Part shown: piece after piece, positions 26,515-36,413 of the stretch | Position numbering within the stretch: the stretch's first letter is position 1 | How the letters are laid out: every line of letters begins with the position of its first letter | IMG/VR virus record: IMGVR_UViG_3300044638_000550 | Source: an uncultured virus (IMG/VR IMGVR_UViG_3300044638_000550) | Taxonomy: Duplodnaviria; Heunggongvirae; Uroviricota; Caudoviricetes | Strand: one strand, 5' to 3' | DNA: 64,000 nucleotides | Position numbers and translations under genes: made by a program | The notes under the pieces: model-generated | What the model saw: only the letters and a program-made list of their open reading frames with translations | The model's database searches: none | What the model was told of the DNA's origin: nothing

Positions 26515-26838
26515 TTACATTTCCACGGTGAAAGTCTGAGGCTGCCAGGGCGGGGGCGTAAACTGGCTTTTGCTCAGAGAATCTAATTGTTCTTGTAACC
26601 TTGATTTTATTACGCAAACGCCATCTCGCATAGTCTCTTTTTCAATCCAACCAACAATCATTTCCTCTGTCACTTGATCAAAGGGTGTAGATAGTTTTGG
26701 GCTGTCAAAAGTCCAATAACCCTCTGTCTCAACAGATAGGTCATCTTCCTTTGCAATCACATGATATTTAGCACAGAGAATCAAACCATCTTGGGCTTGT
26801 GTTCCTGTGATTGACCATTGGTAGTTCATGGCGACCAA
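26515..26838 (-). CDS. Small tail-fibre-associated protein
   Basis: PFDQVTEEMIVGWI motif, paralog of next gene. Confidence 0.65.
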   Translation of the reverse strand: MVAMNYQWSITGTQAQDGLILCAKYHVIAKEDDLSVETEGYWTFDSPKLSTPFDQVTEEMIVGWIEKETMRDGVCVIKSRLQEQLDSLSKSQFTPPPWQPQTFTVEM

Positions 26839-27143
26839 GGAAGTGGTGTGTTAGCGGGGCTAACTGGAGGTGTAATCATTGAGTCAATCTGACCCTGCAC
26901 ACAGGCTTGTGCGCTCGTGATGGCTGACTCAGGAATCCAACCAATGACGATTGCTTCTGTAAGACTTGAATAAGGTGTAATTGCACCTTGTTGGTCAGCA
27001 GAATTAAATTGTGTATTGCCATCAATGTAGACTGTATGCGTACCATCAACGCCAGTTACACGCCATAGCGCATTGACCACATAGTTAGGGTCAGGCTGTT
27101 GCAATGTGTACATTGCTGTGATTGTGGTTGTGAAAGTTGTCAT
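26826..27143 (-). CDS. Small tail-fibre-associated protein
   Basis: PYSSLTEAIVIGWI...PLPW. Confidence 0.7.
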   Translation of the reverse strand: MTTFTTTITAMYTLQQPDPNYVVNALWRVTGVDGTHTVYIDGNTQFNSADQQGAITPYSSLTEAIVIGWIPESAITSAQACVQGQIDSMITPPVSPANTPLPWSP

Positions 27144-27151
27144 GTCAGTCC

Positions 27152-28567
27152 TTATGGATGTGATGCTTTGTAAGCGTCAAATTCTGCTTTGAGTTCTTGA
27201 ATTGCCTTGACTAAATATGGGACTAAGTTTGGCTGAATACCCATAACTTCATCATCGACCCACTCTTTTTCAGCTTCATTAGGTGCATGATAAATAATTT
27301 GGTCTGGCAAAATTTGTTGGAATTCTTGAGCAATAAAACCAACTTCATGCTTGTCGTTTTCTTTGTAATCAAATTCAACAGGGCGCAAAGCAGTAATAAC
27401 ACTCAAACCATTGGCAACATCTACAACATTCTTTTTAATGCGTTGATCGGAAGTAGTTGACCAAGAAGCAGAATTATTACCTTGATAAATACCGCCATAA
27501 GTAGAGCCGTTATACGCAACAATAAAGCCTGTGTTTGAGCCTTTACCAGTTGTGTTTGGTGTCCCAATAACTAATTCGTTTGTGTCTGTTGCCGCATTAG
27601 GTTGTGCGTTATAACCAAGGAATACGCCATTAGTTCCACTTGTAAGAGTGCCTCCAGCGTAATATCCAAGACCAACACTTCCTTGTCCTGCCCCTGTATT
27701 GTTATATAAAGCCTGATAACCTACGGCAACATGATAAGAACCAGAAGTGTTTAAACCAAGAGCATCATTCCCTATGGCAACACACCCAGAAGCAGAAGTA
27801 ATACTTTTAAGCGAATTATTACCAACAGAAACATTGACACTACCATTTGTTGAGCCACTTACACCATATTGAGAATTTCTACCAATTGCTACATTACCAT
27901 CACCTAATCCATAATAAAATGCTTGATAACCAATAGTTGTTACAAAATTACCAACTCCAGAACTAGATAAACTATATGCGCTTTGATAACCCAAACAAAC
28001 ATTTCCTGCTGAAGTAACAATGTTATACCCCGCTTGATAACCTACAGCAGTGTTGTTTGATGCTACGGTGTTAGCGGTAAGTGCAGAACGGCCAATAGCA
28101 ACATTAAATTGCCCACTTGTATTGGCTTGTAGGGATGCCGTGCCAACAGCAGTATTATCTCCACCCGTATTATTTTCAAGTGAAGCATGACCAACCGCAG
28201 TATTGTCAGAACCAGAAAGCACTAAATTAAGAGCGTTACGCCCAATAGCGGTGTTTCTTGGCCCTGTTGTAACAGTTTGCAAAGCAAGATAACCAACGGC
28301 AGTATTGTTAGCACCAGTCGTATTAGCCGCCAAAGCACTTATTCCTACTGCGGTGTTCTGTAACACAGCACTTGCGCCCTTGCCTACTGTTAGACCATTG
28401 ACAACAGCGTCAACAGTAAATGTCTGCGTTCCCGCAAAGGTCTGCGCTGCCAATGTTGCAATGGTGCTTGCAACAGCGGGGACGTTTAAGTTAAAAGTCG
28501 ATGCTGTGTTTGGGCCAACCAAGTTGACTGCCCCGCCTAATGTTGCTTGAAAAACAAGTTGTCCCAT
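27152..28567 (-). CDS. Tail fibre with NTAVG beta-roll repeats and C-terminal S74-type intramolecular chaperone
   Basis: 14-residue NTAVG repeats; SDQRIKKNV, GFIAQE, LVKAIQEL. Confidence 0.85.
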   Translation of the reverse strand: MGQLVFQATLGGAVNLVGPNTASTFNLNVPAVASTIATLAAQTFAGTQTFTVDAVVNGLTVGKGASAVLQNTAVGISALAANTTGANNTAVGYLALQTVTTGPRNTAIGRNALNLVLSGSDNTAVGHASLENNTGGDNTAVGTASLQANTSGQFNVAIGRSALTANTVASNNTAVGYQAGYNIVTSAGNVCLGYQSAYSLSSSGVGNFVTTIGYQAFYYGLGDGNVAIGRNSQYGVSGSTNGSVNVSVGNNSLKSITSASGCVAIGNDALGLNTSGSYHVAVGYQALYNNTGAGQGSVGLGYYAGGTLTSGTNGVFLGYNAQPNAATDTNELVIGTPNTTGKGSNTGFIVAYNGSTYGGIYQGNNSASWSTTSDQRIKKNVVDVANGLSVITALRPVEFDYKENDKHEVGFIAQEFQQILPDQIIYHAPNEAEKEWVDDEVMGIQPNLVPYLVKAIQELKAEFDAYKASHP

Positions 28568-28576
28568 GATATTTCC

Positions 28577-30838
28577 TTACGGTGCAATGATTAGCTGATT
28601 GGCGGTTAAAGCGCCTGTGCTTGGGTTGTATTTTAACTTTGTTGACGAAACTGTCTGTGGCAAATTACCCGTTGTATTACTTACAAATGTTGGGTAATAA
28701 GTCGCATTTGTCGTTGTGTCGTCTGTGATCGCAGTATTTGTTGCATTTGTTGCGGTTGTTGCACTTGTCGCAGTTGAGGCATTACCCGTCAACGCACCCA
28801 CAAAAGTAGTGGATGTAACAGAAGTCAAACCCACAAACGTAGTCACAGTCGCACCCAAAGCCACCGCAGTTGAGCCAATCGTGACGCTAGAATTAACCAA
28901 GGCAGCGTTAGGAATGCTTGTCAGATTAGCACCTGAACCGCTAAACCCTGTGGCTGTCAGAATGCCCGTAGACGGGTTAAATTGGTACTTGGTAGAACTG
29001 ACAAACTCAGTCGTTAAATTACCCGCAGTAACGGCTGCAAACAAGGGATAACGGGTTGCGTTAGTGGTTGTGTCATCAGTAACCGTTGCATAAGCTACAG
29101 GAGTCACCCAAGTTGGGGCTGATGCACCATTAGACTGAAGCACTTGGCCTGACGATCCTGTTGAACCCGATACCGCCAAAGTGCTGCTGAAATCAATTGT
29201 CGTGAACTTAGCCGTTGATGCCGTAGTAGCACCAATGGACATATTATTAATTGTGCCAAGGTTTGTCGGGGCAATCTCAATTGAGCCTGTCCCTGTTGGC
29301 TTCATGTGGACATGACCCGTCCCTGTAGGGCTTATGTCAATCTGAGCATTTGCGCCATTGATGTTAGTGGAAACACTTAATGTAAGGTTATCACCACCGC
29401 CCGCACCCCAAGACAATTGACTTGTGCCGCCCGAATTACGCAAAGCACCGCCCGCACTTGTAGCGGCCTCAAAGAACGGGCCAACAAACTTAGTTGTTGC
29501 CGTGATTGTTGTGCCTCTTACCGTGTTAGCCGTTGTTCCACCAATCGCAGGGGGCGCTGACAAATCTAATGTGCCGCCCAGAGTAAGGTTTCCAGATGTG
29601 GTAACTGTGCCACTTAGGGAAATCCCTGAGACTGTGCCTGTACCGCTGACAGAAGTCACAGTTCCTGTTGTGGGGGTTGCCCAAGATGGGACTCCGCTTG
29701 CCAGGGTTAAAACTTGACCGTTTAACCCCGCAGCCAACATTGCAGTTGTTGCCGCAGCGCTTTGGTAAGGAACTGAACCCGTTGCACCACCCGCTAAATT
29801 TGTTGCTGTTGTCGCAGTTGTGGCAGTTGTTGCCGTTGTCGCTGTGGCTGCATTACCACCAATGGATAAACCGCTTGCTGTGCCTGTTAAACCCGTTCCA
29901 GCACCATCAAACTGAGTGGACGCAGTAATTGTGCTGCCACCCACAGTCGAACCGCTAATGGGCGTTCCTGTAATCGTCCCGCCCGTAATTGCTACATTGT
30001 TGGCGTTCTGAGTGGACATTGTTCCCAAACCCGAAACTTGGGTATTGGCAATGGCAATGTTTGTGTCAGCCAAAACAGTCAGTTGGCCTTGTGCGTTAAC
30101 TGTGGCTGTCAGGGTTTTAGATGCAGACCCATAGGCAGCAGCTGTCACGCCTGTGTTTGTAATTGAAAACGTGTTAGACGTTAAAGTTAACCCCGTCCCC
30201 GCAAAGTATGTCCCCGTTCCTGAGAACTGAACAAACGTGATGGCGGTGACGTTGATTGTGCCTGTTGTCGCAGAAGTGGAAACCCACCCTGTGTTTGCAT
30301 TGACAGAACCACCAATAACAACGGTGTAAGCGCCTGGCACTTCTGCCCACACATCCATGTCAGTCGCTCTTGTCCAAGTGGACGCAGAAGCCACATAAAT
30401 GCCGTTTTCATACGATGTGCTTTGATTTTTAACCAGGACACGATCACCCGCCAAAGTGGTGTAAGTGTCGATGGTTTGCAGACCCGACAAGGTAATGTTT
30501 GCAGTCGTTCCGCATTTAACCGCTTGCTTGGGGTTTAGCCCTTGGGCAACGCTATCAACATAGAACTTGTTGGCAATGTCTGTGTTGGCAGTTGGGGAAG
30601 TGGTTACTTGCCCCGTTGTTGTCAAAATGCTTGTAAAAACACCCGTAGATGGCACAGAAGCACCAATTGTGGTGCTATTGATTGTGCTGTTTGTAATGCT
30701 CAGTCCCGATTGAGACGGGTTCAAAGTGGCGTAAAAAGGCTGACCCTGACCAATAAATGTATTAAACGTATTGTCTAAATTAAACAGCGCCTGGACAGGC
30801 AGAATGTTTTGATCTACTGTCTTGGCAGGGTCAGCCAT
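28577..30838 (-). CDS. Long Thr/Gly-rich tail fibre protein
   Basis: LSGLQTID..GDRVLVKNQ..ENGIY domain; DDTTTNAT repeats. Confidence 0.8.
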   Translation of the reverse strand: MADPAKTVDQNILPVQALFNLDNTFNTFIGQGQPFYATLNPSQSGLSITNSTINSTTIGASVPSTGVFTSILTTTGQVTTSPTANTDIANKFYVDSVAQGLNPKQAVKCGTTANITLSGLQTIDTYTTLAGDRVLVKNQSTSYENGIYVASASTWTRATDMDVWAEVPGAYTVVIGGSVNANTGWVSTSATTGTINVTAITFVQFSGTGTYFAGTGLTLTSNTFSITNTGVTAAAYGSASKTLTATVNAQGQLTVLADTNIAIANTQVSGLGTMSTQNANNVAITGGTITGTPISGSTVGGSTITASTQFDGAGTGLTGTASGLSIGGNAATATTATTATTATTATNLAGGATGSVPYQSAAATTAMLAAGLNGQVLTLASGVPSWATPTTGTVTSVSGTGTVSGISLSGTVTTSGNLTLGGTLDLSAPPAIGGTTANTVRGTTITATTKFVGPFFEAATSAGGALRNSGGTSQLSWGAGGGDNLTLSVSTNINGANAQIDISPTGTGHVHMKPTGTGSIEIAPTNLGTINNMSIGATTASTAKFTTIDFSSTLAVSGSTGSSGQVLQSNGASAPTWVTPVAYATVTDDTTTNATRYPLFAAVTAGNLTTEFVSSTKYQFNPSTGILTATGFSGSGANLTSIPNAALVNSSVTIGSTAVALGATVTTFVGLTSVTSTTFVGALTGNASTATSATTATNATNTAITDDTTTNATYYPTFVSNTTGNLPQTVSSTKLKYNPSTGALTANQLIIAP

Positions 30839-30847
30839 AGCGCCTCT

Positions 30848-31195
30848 TTATGATTGATCGCCAACAGGGGTCACATAAACAATTGACGGGCCAGCGGCTG
30901 AACCAATCATGCGGACGTAATAAGGGCTTGCGGGTACTGCCAAGACAATTGGAACTGTCATAGAGGCGGGTAACACAAAGTTCCCTGTGGTTGAACCGCT
31001 GACGGGCAAGACTGCCGCAGCCACGTTAGCATCGCCAAGGCTCACAGCAACATAGGTAGCACCCGTGTTGATGAAAGAGGCGTAGTTAACTTGGTCATTA
31101 GTGCTTGCAGTAATCAGCGTTGCAGCAGTAGAAGTCGCACCCACCGAAATGGCGGTTGTGACTCCTACGGGGCGCAATACAGTTGTATTAGACAT
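30848..31195 (-). CDS. Virion structural protein
   Basis: Near-identical in B. Confidence 0.7.
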   Translation of the reverse strand: MSNTTVLRPVGVTTAISVGATSTAATLITASTNDQVNYASFINTGATYVAVSLGDANVAAAVLPVSGSTTGNFVLPASMTVPIVLAVPASPYYVRMIGSAAGPSIVYVTPVGDQS

Positions 31196-31197
31196 GA

Positions 31198-31521
31198 TTA
31201 ACCAGCCGTTGTGGGTAATGGGCCTTCAAAACGAATCACATCCACAATGTATGTGCCAGCGGTAGGGGTTAACGATCCCGCAGTAACATTTCCAAATTGG
31301 ATGCTCAATGTATTGTCGGCAGAACAACGTGCGTCAGCGATAAAAACACCCGCTGTTTGAGCCGCTTGACAAGCCACCAAAACGTGATCTGTTGACAAAA
31401 GACCTGGCACGGTGAATGTTTGAGCCGCTGTGGTAGCTGTGGCAACTGCGGCAGGGGTCAAAGACGGGCCAAGATAAAATGTTTGCAAAGCATTGCCACG
31501 GGCTAGGGTAGTAGAGGGCAT
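31198..31521 (-). CDS. Virion structural/decoration protein
   Basis: Near-identical in B; paralog of 31615-31992. Confidence 0.7.
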   Translation of the reverse strand: MPSTTLARGNALQTFYLGPSLTPAAVATATTAAQTFTVPGLLSTDHVLVACQAAQTAGVFIADARCSADNTLSIQFGNVTAGSLTPTAGTYIVDVIRFEGPLPTTAG

Positions 31522-31562
31522 GATAATTCCTTTTCAAGAATGGTTAAATTGTAACGCTAAAT

Positions 31563-31600
31563 AAAGAAAAAGCCACCCCTTTTGAGAGTGGCCTTTTTTT
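31563..31600. terminator. Intrinsic terminator after capsid genes
   Basis: GCCACCC/GAGTGGC stem with A and T tracts; conserved in B. Confidence 0.75.
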
Positions 31601-31614
31601 AAACTGAACTCAAA

Positions 31615-31992
31615 TTACCAAGAAAGTAATGGAGAAGTTTGGCCATAACCTGTAGAGGTACTTGGGCGCTGAACTGACACTAGGTAAGTACCTGATGCGG
31701 GTGTAACGCTTGCGGCAGTTGGGTTAACAAAACGAATTGTCAATTGGTCAGCAGCAGAGACATAAGCGTCAAGAACGCCTACGCCAGCAGTCTGAGCGCC
31801 ATTGAAAGCTACTGAAACAAAATCACCAACCACCAAACCAATGCCTGTACTAGCAAAGTTTTGGGCGGCAGTTGTAATTGTTGCAACAGCGGAGGGAGTG
31901 AGAGTCAAAGAAAAAACACCACCTTTGACCACGTTGGTCATTGGGGCAAATGATTCTTGGGTGACTGTCGTTGCTGGTCCTGGATTAGCCAT
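31615..31992 (-). CDS. Putative capsid decoration protein
   Basis: Directly downstream of coat, before the terminator. Confidence 0.65.
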   Translation of the reverse strand: MANPGPATTVTQESFAPMTNVVKGGVFSLTLTPSAVATITTAAQNFASTGIGLVVGDFVSVAFNGAQTAGVGVLDAYVSAADQLTIRFVNPTAASVTPASGTYLVSVQRPSTSTGYGQTSPLLSW

Positions 31993-32046
31993 GATAATTT
32001 CCTTAAATTGAGTTAATAACGGGGGGTGATTAGCCCCCCTTGACCA

Positions 32047-33303
32047 TTAGGCTGCAACTCGGCAAGCGAGTTCAGGATAGAGGGGCGCCCATCCATACAG
32101 AACGTCCAAACGTGTAGGAATGGAGTCATTGTTGATGGTGTACTGACGCACAACACGCATTGACAAACCGATTTCCTTATCGCTTGCACGACCCGCAAAA
32201 TGCACACCTTCAGGCAATTCCAAATCGGCTACTGCCAATGTGAAAGCATTGCGGTGCATGATGATGTTCTGTGGGGAAACAGTACCAATTTTATTGAACT
32301 GAGTCACAGCGGCTGTGGCAGAGGTTGTAGGAATAGACACGTTTTGGAACTGACCCGCAGTAATTACGGCAGGGCTAACCACAACAGAGACAGAAGAACC
32401 AGAAGCAATAGCAACGGTAGACTTCACAACAAAGTTGCGGAGTTTGTTTGTGCCATAAGCCTGACGATTCTGTGGGTTAACTGCGAAAACGCCATCAATC
32501 TGAATGGTGTCGCCAGCATTCAAATTCATTGTTCCCGTGTTAGCCGCTGTCAAAGTAATAGTGCTTGTAGATGCCCAACCAGAGGTCAGGAAGCCCGTTG
32601 CAGTTGTGGTAGCAACAGAAGCAGTCACAGTAGTAGTGGAGTTAGAGCCAAAGGTTTGGCTTACCACGTTCTGATCCATCTTCCAGTTCATGCCCGCAGA
32701 GTCACGGCCCATCAAACCCTTACGGTACTGATCGCCAATGGCTTCTTGAGGAACAAACAAACCCTTCAAGCTATCAACAATGGTTGCTGATGTGAAAGGC
32801 TCAACGATGCAAGACCTACGACCGTCACGGGGTGCGCCTTCTGAGTCCAGATATGCACCAGCAGTCAGGTATGTAATCAAGCCTGTGGGCGGTGTACCAG
32901 CTGTGCCAACAATGTTAGCGGTTTGCAGAGTAGCCATAGACATACCGTCACGGTCAATCTTGTTGGCAATCGCTGCAATAGCGGGCTTCAACACACGGTC
33001 AGAGAACATATCCAAGGACAATGCCAAATCTTGTGTGGTGAACTGGGTGTCAACGTGAAACTGTGTAGACAAAGTAACGGGGACTGATGTCTCGTTAAAG
33101 TCTTCAACATTCAGCGCAGGGCCAGTTGTACCAATGAAACGACCAGGCTTGCGGACATTGACTGTGTTACCAATCTTTGCACCGACAACAGCGAACTGAT
33201 CGTCATAGTTGCGGTCAACTTCACTTGTGAAAGTCAACTCATTTTCCAAAACCATCAACGCTTCGTTGGTGATCTTGCTTATCGTCAATAAATTATTAGC
33301 CAT
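32047..33303 (-). CDS. P22-like major capsid protein
   Basis: 418 aa, KIGNTVNVRKP, RLDVLYG motifs; follows scaffold. Confidence 0.92.
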   Translation of the reverse strand: MANNLLTISKITNEALMVLENELTFTSEVDRNYDDQFAVVGAKIGNTVNVRKPGRFIGTTGPALNVEDFNETSVPVTLSTQFHVDTQFTTQDLALSLDMFSDRVLKPAIAAIANKIDRDGMSMATLQTANIVGTAGTPPTGLITYLTAGAYLDSEGAPRDGRRSCIVEPFTSATIVDSLKGLFVPQEAIGDQYRKGLMGRDSAGMNWKMDQNVVSQTFGSNSTTTVTASVATTTATGFLTSGWASTSTITLTAANTGTMNLNAGDTIQIDGVFAVNPQNRQAYGTNKLRNFVVKSTVAIASGSSVSVVVSPAVITAGQFQNVSIPTTSATAAVTQFNKIGTVSPQNIIMHRNAFTLAVADLELPEGVHFAGRASDKEIGLSMRVVRQYTINNDSIPTRLDVLYGWAPLYPELACRVAA

Positions 33304-33348
33304 TTTTGGACTCCAAATAGATTAGGTTTACCGAATTTTTCCCGCTTT
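33222..33348 (+). repeat. Exact 127-bp direct repeat, copy 2 (A/B junction)
   Basis: Identical to 1-127. Confidence 0.95.
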
Positions 33349-34227
33349 ACGGGCGGCCTTCCAAGCCTGATAACTACCATGAAATTCGCCATCAGCGGAA
33401 ATCGGTACATCAGCCTTGCCTTGCCCGCCTCGAATCGGTTGAATCGGTGCTGGTGCTTTACTTTTCACAAGAGGATTCGTTTGCTTAGTCTCGGCTTTCA
33501 CCTCAAACCTTGCTTCCAATTTCCCAATCTCTCTAAGCGCTGCATTAGGACTCAACCCTGCGATCTTTTTGGCTAGGTCATTGTTTTCAGCTAAGTGGTA
33601 CAGGATTTTTGGGCCTACATCACTTTCTAAAATTGCATCTCGGACTGCGTTGTTTACAACTACGTCACTTGCTGCGACCAAATCATCAAAATCGGGCAAT
33701 TCAGCTTTAGCTTCTTGAACCTTCTGCGCCCAAGATTGAATAATCTTTTGTTGCGCTTCTTGCTCTCTAGCCTGTGCTACTTGCCTGTCACGTTCCGCTA
33801 ACGCCTTTTCTGTCGAATACTCGGCTAGAGCCTTCGCATACTCAAACGCATCGCTAAACTGACTCGGTTGTGGCTCTTGATCAACATTAACCGCCTGTTG
33901 TGGTTGTCTCTGTTGCTCTAGTGCCGCCAAACGCTGTTCTAGTTCTATCCTAGCTTGACGCTCGGATTGTGCCTCTTTACGGGCTTCCTCACGTTGCTTG
34001 GTTATCTCTGAAAACCGCTTTTCAAGTTTAGGATTTTGCTTTCGCTCACCCTCTTGGTTTGCTTCCTTTTCTGCCTCTTTCGGTTCACTCTGCTCATCTT
34101 CAGCTTCTGGCTCGGCTTCTTCAACCGCCACAGGCTCTGATTCAGATTCAGCTAAACCTAATCTGTTTGCATAAAATTCTGCTGCATTCTCGCTTGTCAA
34201 TATTTGACTAGCTTCTTTATCGGACAT
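33328..34227 (-). CDS. Scaffolding protein (B)
   Basis: Homolog of 107-1009. Confidence 0.8.
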   Translation of the reverse strand: MSDKEASQILTSENAAEFYANRLGLAESESEPVAVEEAEPEAEDEQSEPKEAEKEANQEGERKQNPKLEKRFSEITKQREEARKEAQSERQARIELEQRLAALEQQRQPQQAVNVDQEPQPSQFSDAFEYAKALAEYSTEKALAERDRQVAQAREQEAQQKIIQSWAQKVQEAKAELPDFDDLVAASDVVVNNAVRDAILESDVGPKILYHLAENNDLAKKIAGLSPNAALREIGKLEARFEVKAETKQTNPLVKSKAPAPIQPIRGGQGKADVPISADGEFHGSYQAWKAARKAGKIR

Positions 34228-34302
34228 ACGTATCCCTACGATTTAGCCCTATGAACCTCATAGGTACGGTTTAGCGGTTTTTACCACATATTCTTTACAA
34301 AA

Positions 34303-36384
34303 TCAAATAGCCCGTTCTGTTGCCTCGGCATTTGCGGAATTTAATGCGCCTTTATCCATTTGAGCCAACACAAGAGCAATCTGTTGCTTCATTCTTTCAA
34401 TCTCTAGCCTTGTCTGAGAATTGATAACCGTGTCGTTGGCTTGGCCTTCCACACGCATTTGCATCTCAACACGATCACTTTGTTCACGCACTTCAGCCTC
34501 ATTTGCTCGGCCTGTCTCTTTCATCAATGTGCGCTTAGTCTCGGAGTCTTGACGCAATTGCTCAACGTCCATACGGCTCTGCAACAACATATCTTTGGCT
34601 TGTAGCGCTTGCGTAAGTTCCTGAATCTGCTTCTGCGCCATGGCCAATTGCATCTGCACTTGCGGAGGCACTTTAGACTTGTCGTCAATTTGAGCCATTG
34701 GGTTAGCAGCGGCTAGGCGGTCTGCAATGATGTCAGCGCCAGGCCAATCCATGTTGCGGAACACCAAGTCACCCGCCACTTGCATGAGTTCGGGGGCGGC
34801 AGAAAGTAGCGGAAGCATATTGTCCACGGCCTCTTGGCGCTTGCTGTTGTAGCCTGGCCCTGTCTCCATAACCACATCATATTGACCCACGGTAATGTCG
34901 TTCAGCACTCTGCCAACCGAGTCACGTTGATTGATCATCAATAGTTCGGGCTTTCCATCATCGCCAATAATCCGCATGACACGCTCGGTATCGTAGATTT
35001 TGGGAATAAGGTCTAAGCAAATCTTGCCAATATGGGAAATTGACCGTGTTAGGTTGTCGTAATAGTCAAAGTTTGTCAGGTCAACTTGTTGTTGTTGGCC
35101 ATTCAATGCCTTGCCCGAAATGTTGCCTTGACCAAGTTGTGCGGGGTCAAACACGCCCATGATGTTCTTAATATCATCGTCAACGCCCGCAGCCGCAGCC
35201 ATAATACCCGCTTGTGGCGGTTCAGGTTGTAATCGAACGGGAACGGGGGCGGGGCGACCGTCAATGTCGGTTTGTTTGTACCGTAGAACTGGGAATGACT
35301 TGATATTGGCATTAGCCCAATCGTTTTCATGACCCTCATCTTGACCCTCGGCCAACAACCATTTTGCCTTGGGTGCTAATGCAACGCCTTCGGTAATGGC
35401 GGTTTGCCAAAAGTTATACATTCTTTGTGGGTCTTTGGCATAGCGAATCATGCCAAACTTCTTGCGCTTATCGCCAATGACAATGTGTCGGCCATAAACG
35501 GGAACGATTGGAATGTATTTGCCCGCCCAATCACGTTCCTCAAGAATCTCAACCGCAGTCATCTTGCAATACTTGATGGTTTTCTTGAATGAATCACGGG
35601 TATCAACCACTTCAATGCCGTAAGCAGCGAGGCGGTTAAAGAAGTCTTTGTCATCAGCAAATGTCGATGAACCATCACTTAAAAGGTATAGCTTTGCTTT
35701 TTCTCTGACCGTGTAGTAATACTCGGCAAGGCGAATGTCCTCTTTGGTAATCCACTCGGATTGTGAGTCACCCGTTCCACGTTGGGTGAAACTTGTGCCA
35801 CCGTCATCAGCGTCAGGGTATAGCTTGCGGAATTCGGTCTTTAGCATCATTGTTGTAATTAAACAACGGTCAGCGTCAGAGCCATCGGGTGCTACCGAGT
35901 TGGGGTCAAAGTACACCGTAAATGGGTTATCCACAGGGTCAATGTAGATTTCTTGGTCAAAAGAATCCTCGGACACATAGTCTGTACGCACTCGCACATA
36001 GCCCCAACCCATGCGAACCGCATATTCAAACGCATTGTCGTAAGCATGATCGGAATTGGAATTGACCTCAATGTGGCGAATAATTCCGCTGATTGTCTGT
36101 GCGTCAACCATGTCCTCATGCGTATTTGTGGCATGGACTTTGATTCGGGGACGTTGTTGGCGTTGCTGATTAGAGACTTGGCGACAATAGTTGTCCACCT
36201 TGTTCACCGTAATACAAGGGCGTGACTCAAGATTGCGTGAGTTTTGCAAGGTAACAGGCCATTGATCACCAGCACCAAACTTCAAATCCTCAAGCGCTTC
36301 CTGACGGTTCATCGTGTCCGCATCGTTAGCAAACTTGAGAAACTCTATTGCTTCTTGAATTCGTTTGTCGTAATCATCAGCCAT
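34303..36384 (-). CDS. P22-like portal protein (B)
   Basis: Homolog of 1085-3166. Confidence 0.92.
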   Translation of the reverse strand: MADDYDKRIQEAIEFLKFANDADTMNRQEALEDLKFGAGDQWPVTLQNSRNLESRPCITVNKVDNYCRQVSNQQRQQRPRIKVHATNTHEDMVDAQTISGIIRHIEVNSNSDHAYDNAFEYAVRMGWGYVRVRTDYVSEDSFDQEIYIDPVDNPFTVYFDPNSVAPDGSDADRCLITTMMLKTEFRKLYPDADDGGTSFTQRGTGDSQSEWITKEDIRLAEYYYTVREKAKLYLLSDGSSTFADDKDFFNRLAAYGIEVVDTRDSFKKTIKYCKMTAVEILEERDWAGKYIPIVPVYGRHIVIGDKRKKFGMIRYAKDPQRMYNFWQTAITEGVALAPKAKWLLAEGQDEGHENDWANANIKSFPVLRYKQTDIDGRPAPVPVRLQPEPPQAGIMAAAAGVDDDIKNIMGVFDPAQLGQGNISGKALNGQQQQVDLTNFDYYDNLTRSISHIGKICLDLIPKIYDTERVMRIIGDDGKPELLMINQRDSVGRVLNDITVGQYDVVMETGPGYNSKRQEAVDNMLPLLSAAPELMQVAGDLVFRNMDWPGADIIADRLAAANPMAQIDDKSKVPPQVQMQLAMAQKQIQELTQALQAKDMLLQSRMDVEQLRQDSETKRTLMKETGRANEAEVREQSDRVEMQMRVEGQANDTVINSQTRLEIERMKQQIALVLAQMDKGALNSANAEATERAI

Positions 36385-36413
36385 GATGTTGCCCTAAGTG
36401 ATTTGGAGTCATT

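Larger units (their letters stand above)
1..33221. mobile_element. Phage genome A, P22-like podovirus, complete circularly permuted unit
   Basis: Full set of terminase, portal, scaffold, coat, tail, ejection, lysis, replication and recombination genes; ends close on a 127-bp direct repeat. Confidence 0.93.

Noticed and set aside
26515..30838. Diversity-generating retroelement acting on fibres
   Set aside because: No reverse transcriptase and no template/variable repeat pair seen
32013..32207. Frameshifted coat extension
   Set aside because: No slippery site recognised and the alternative frame ends only about 11 codons past the coat stop
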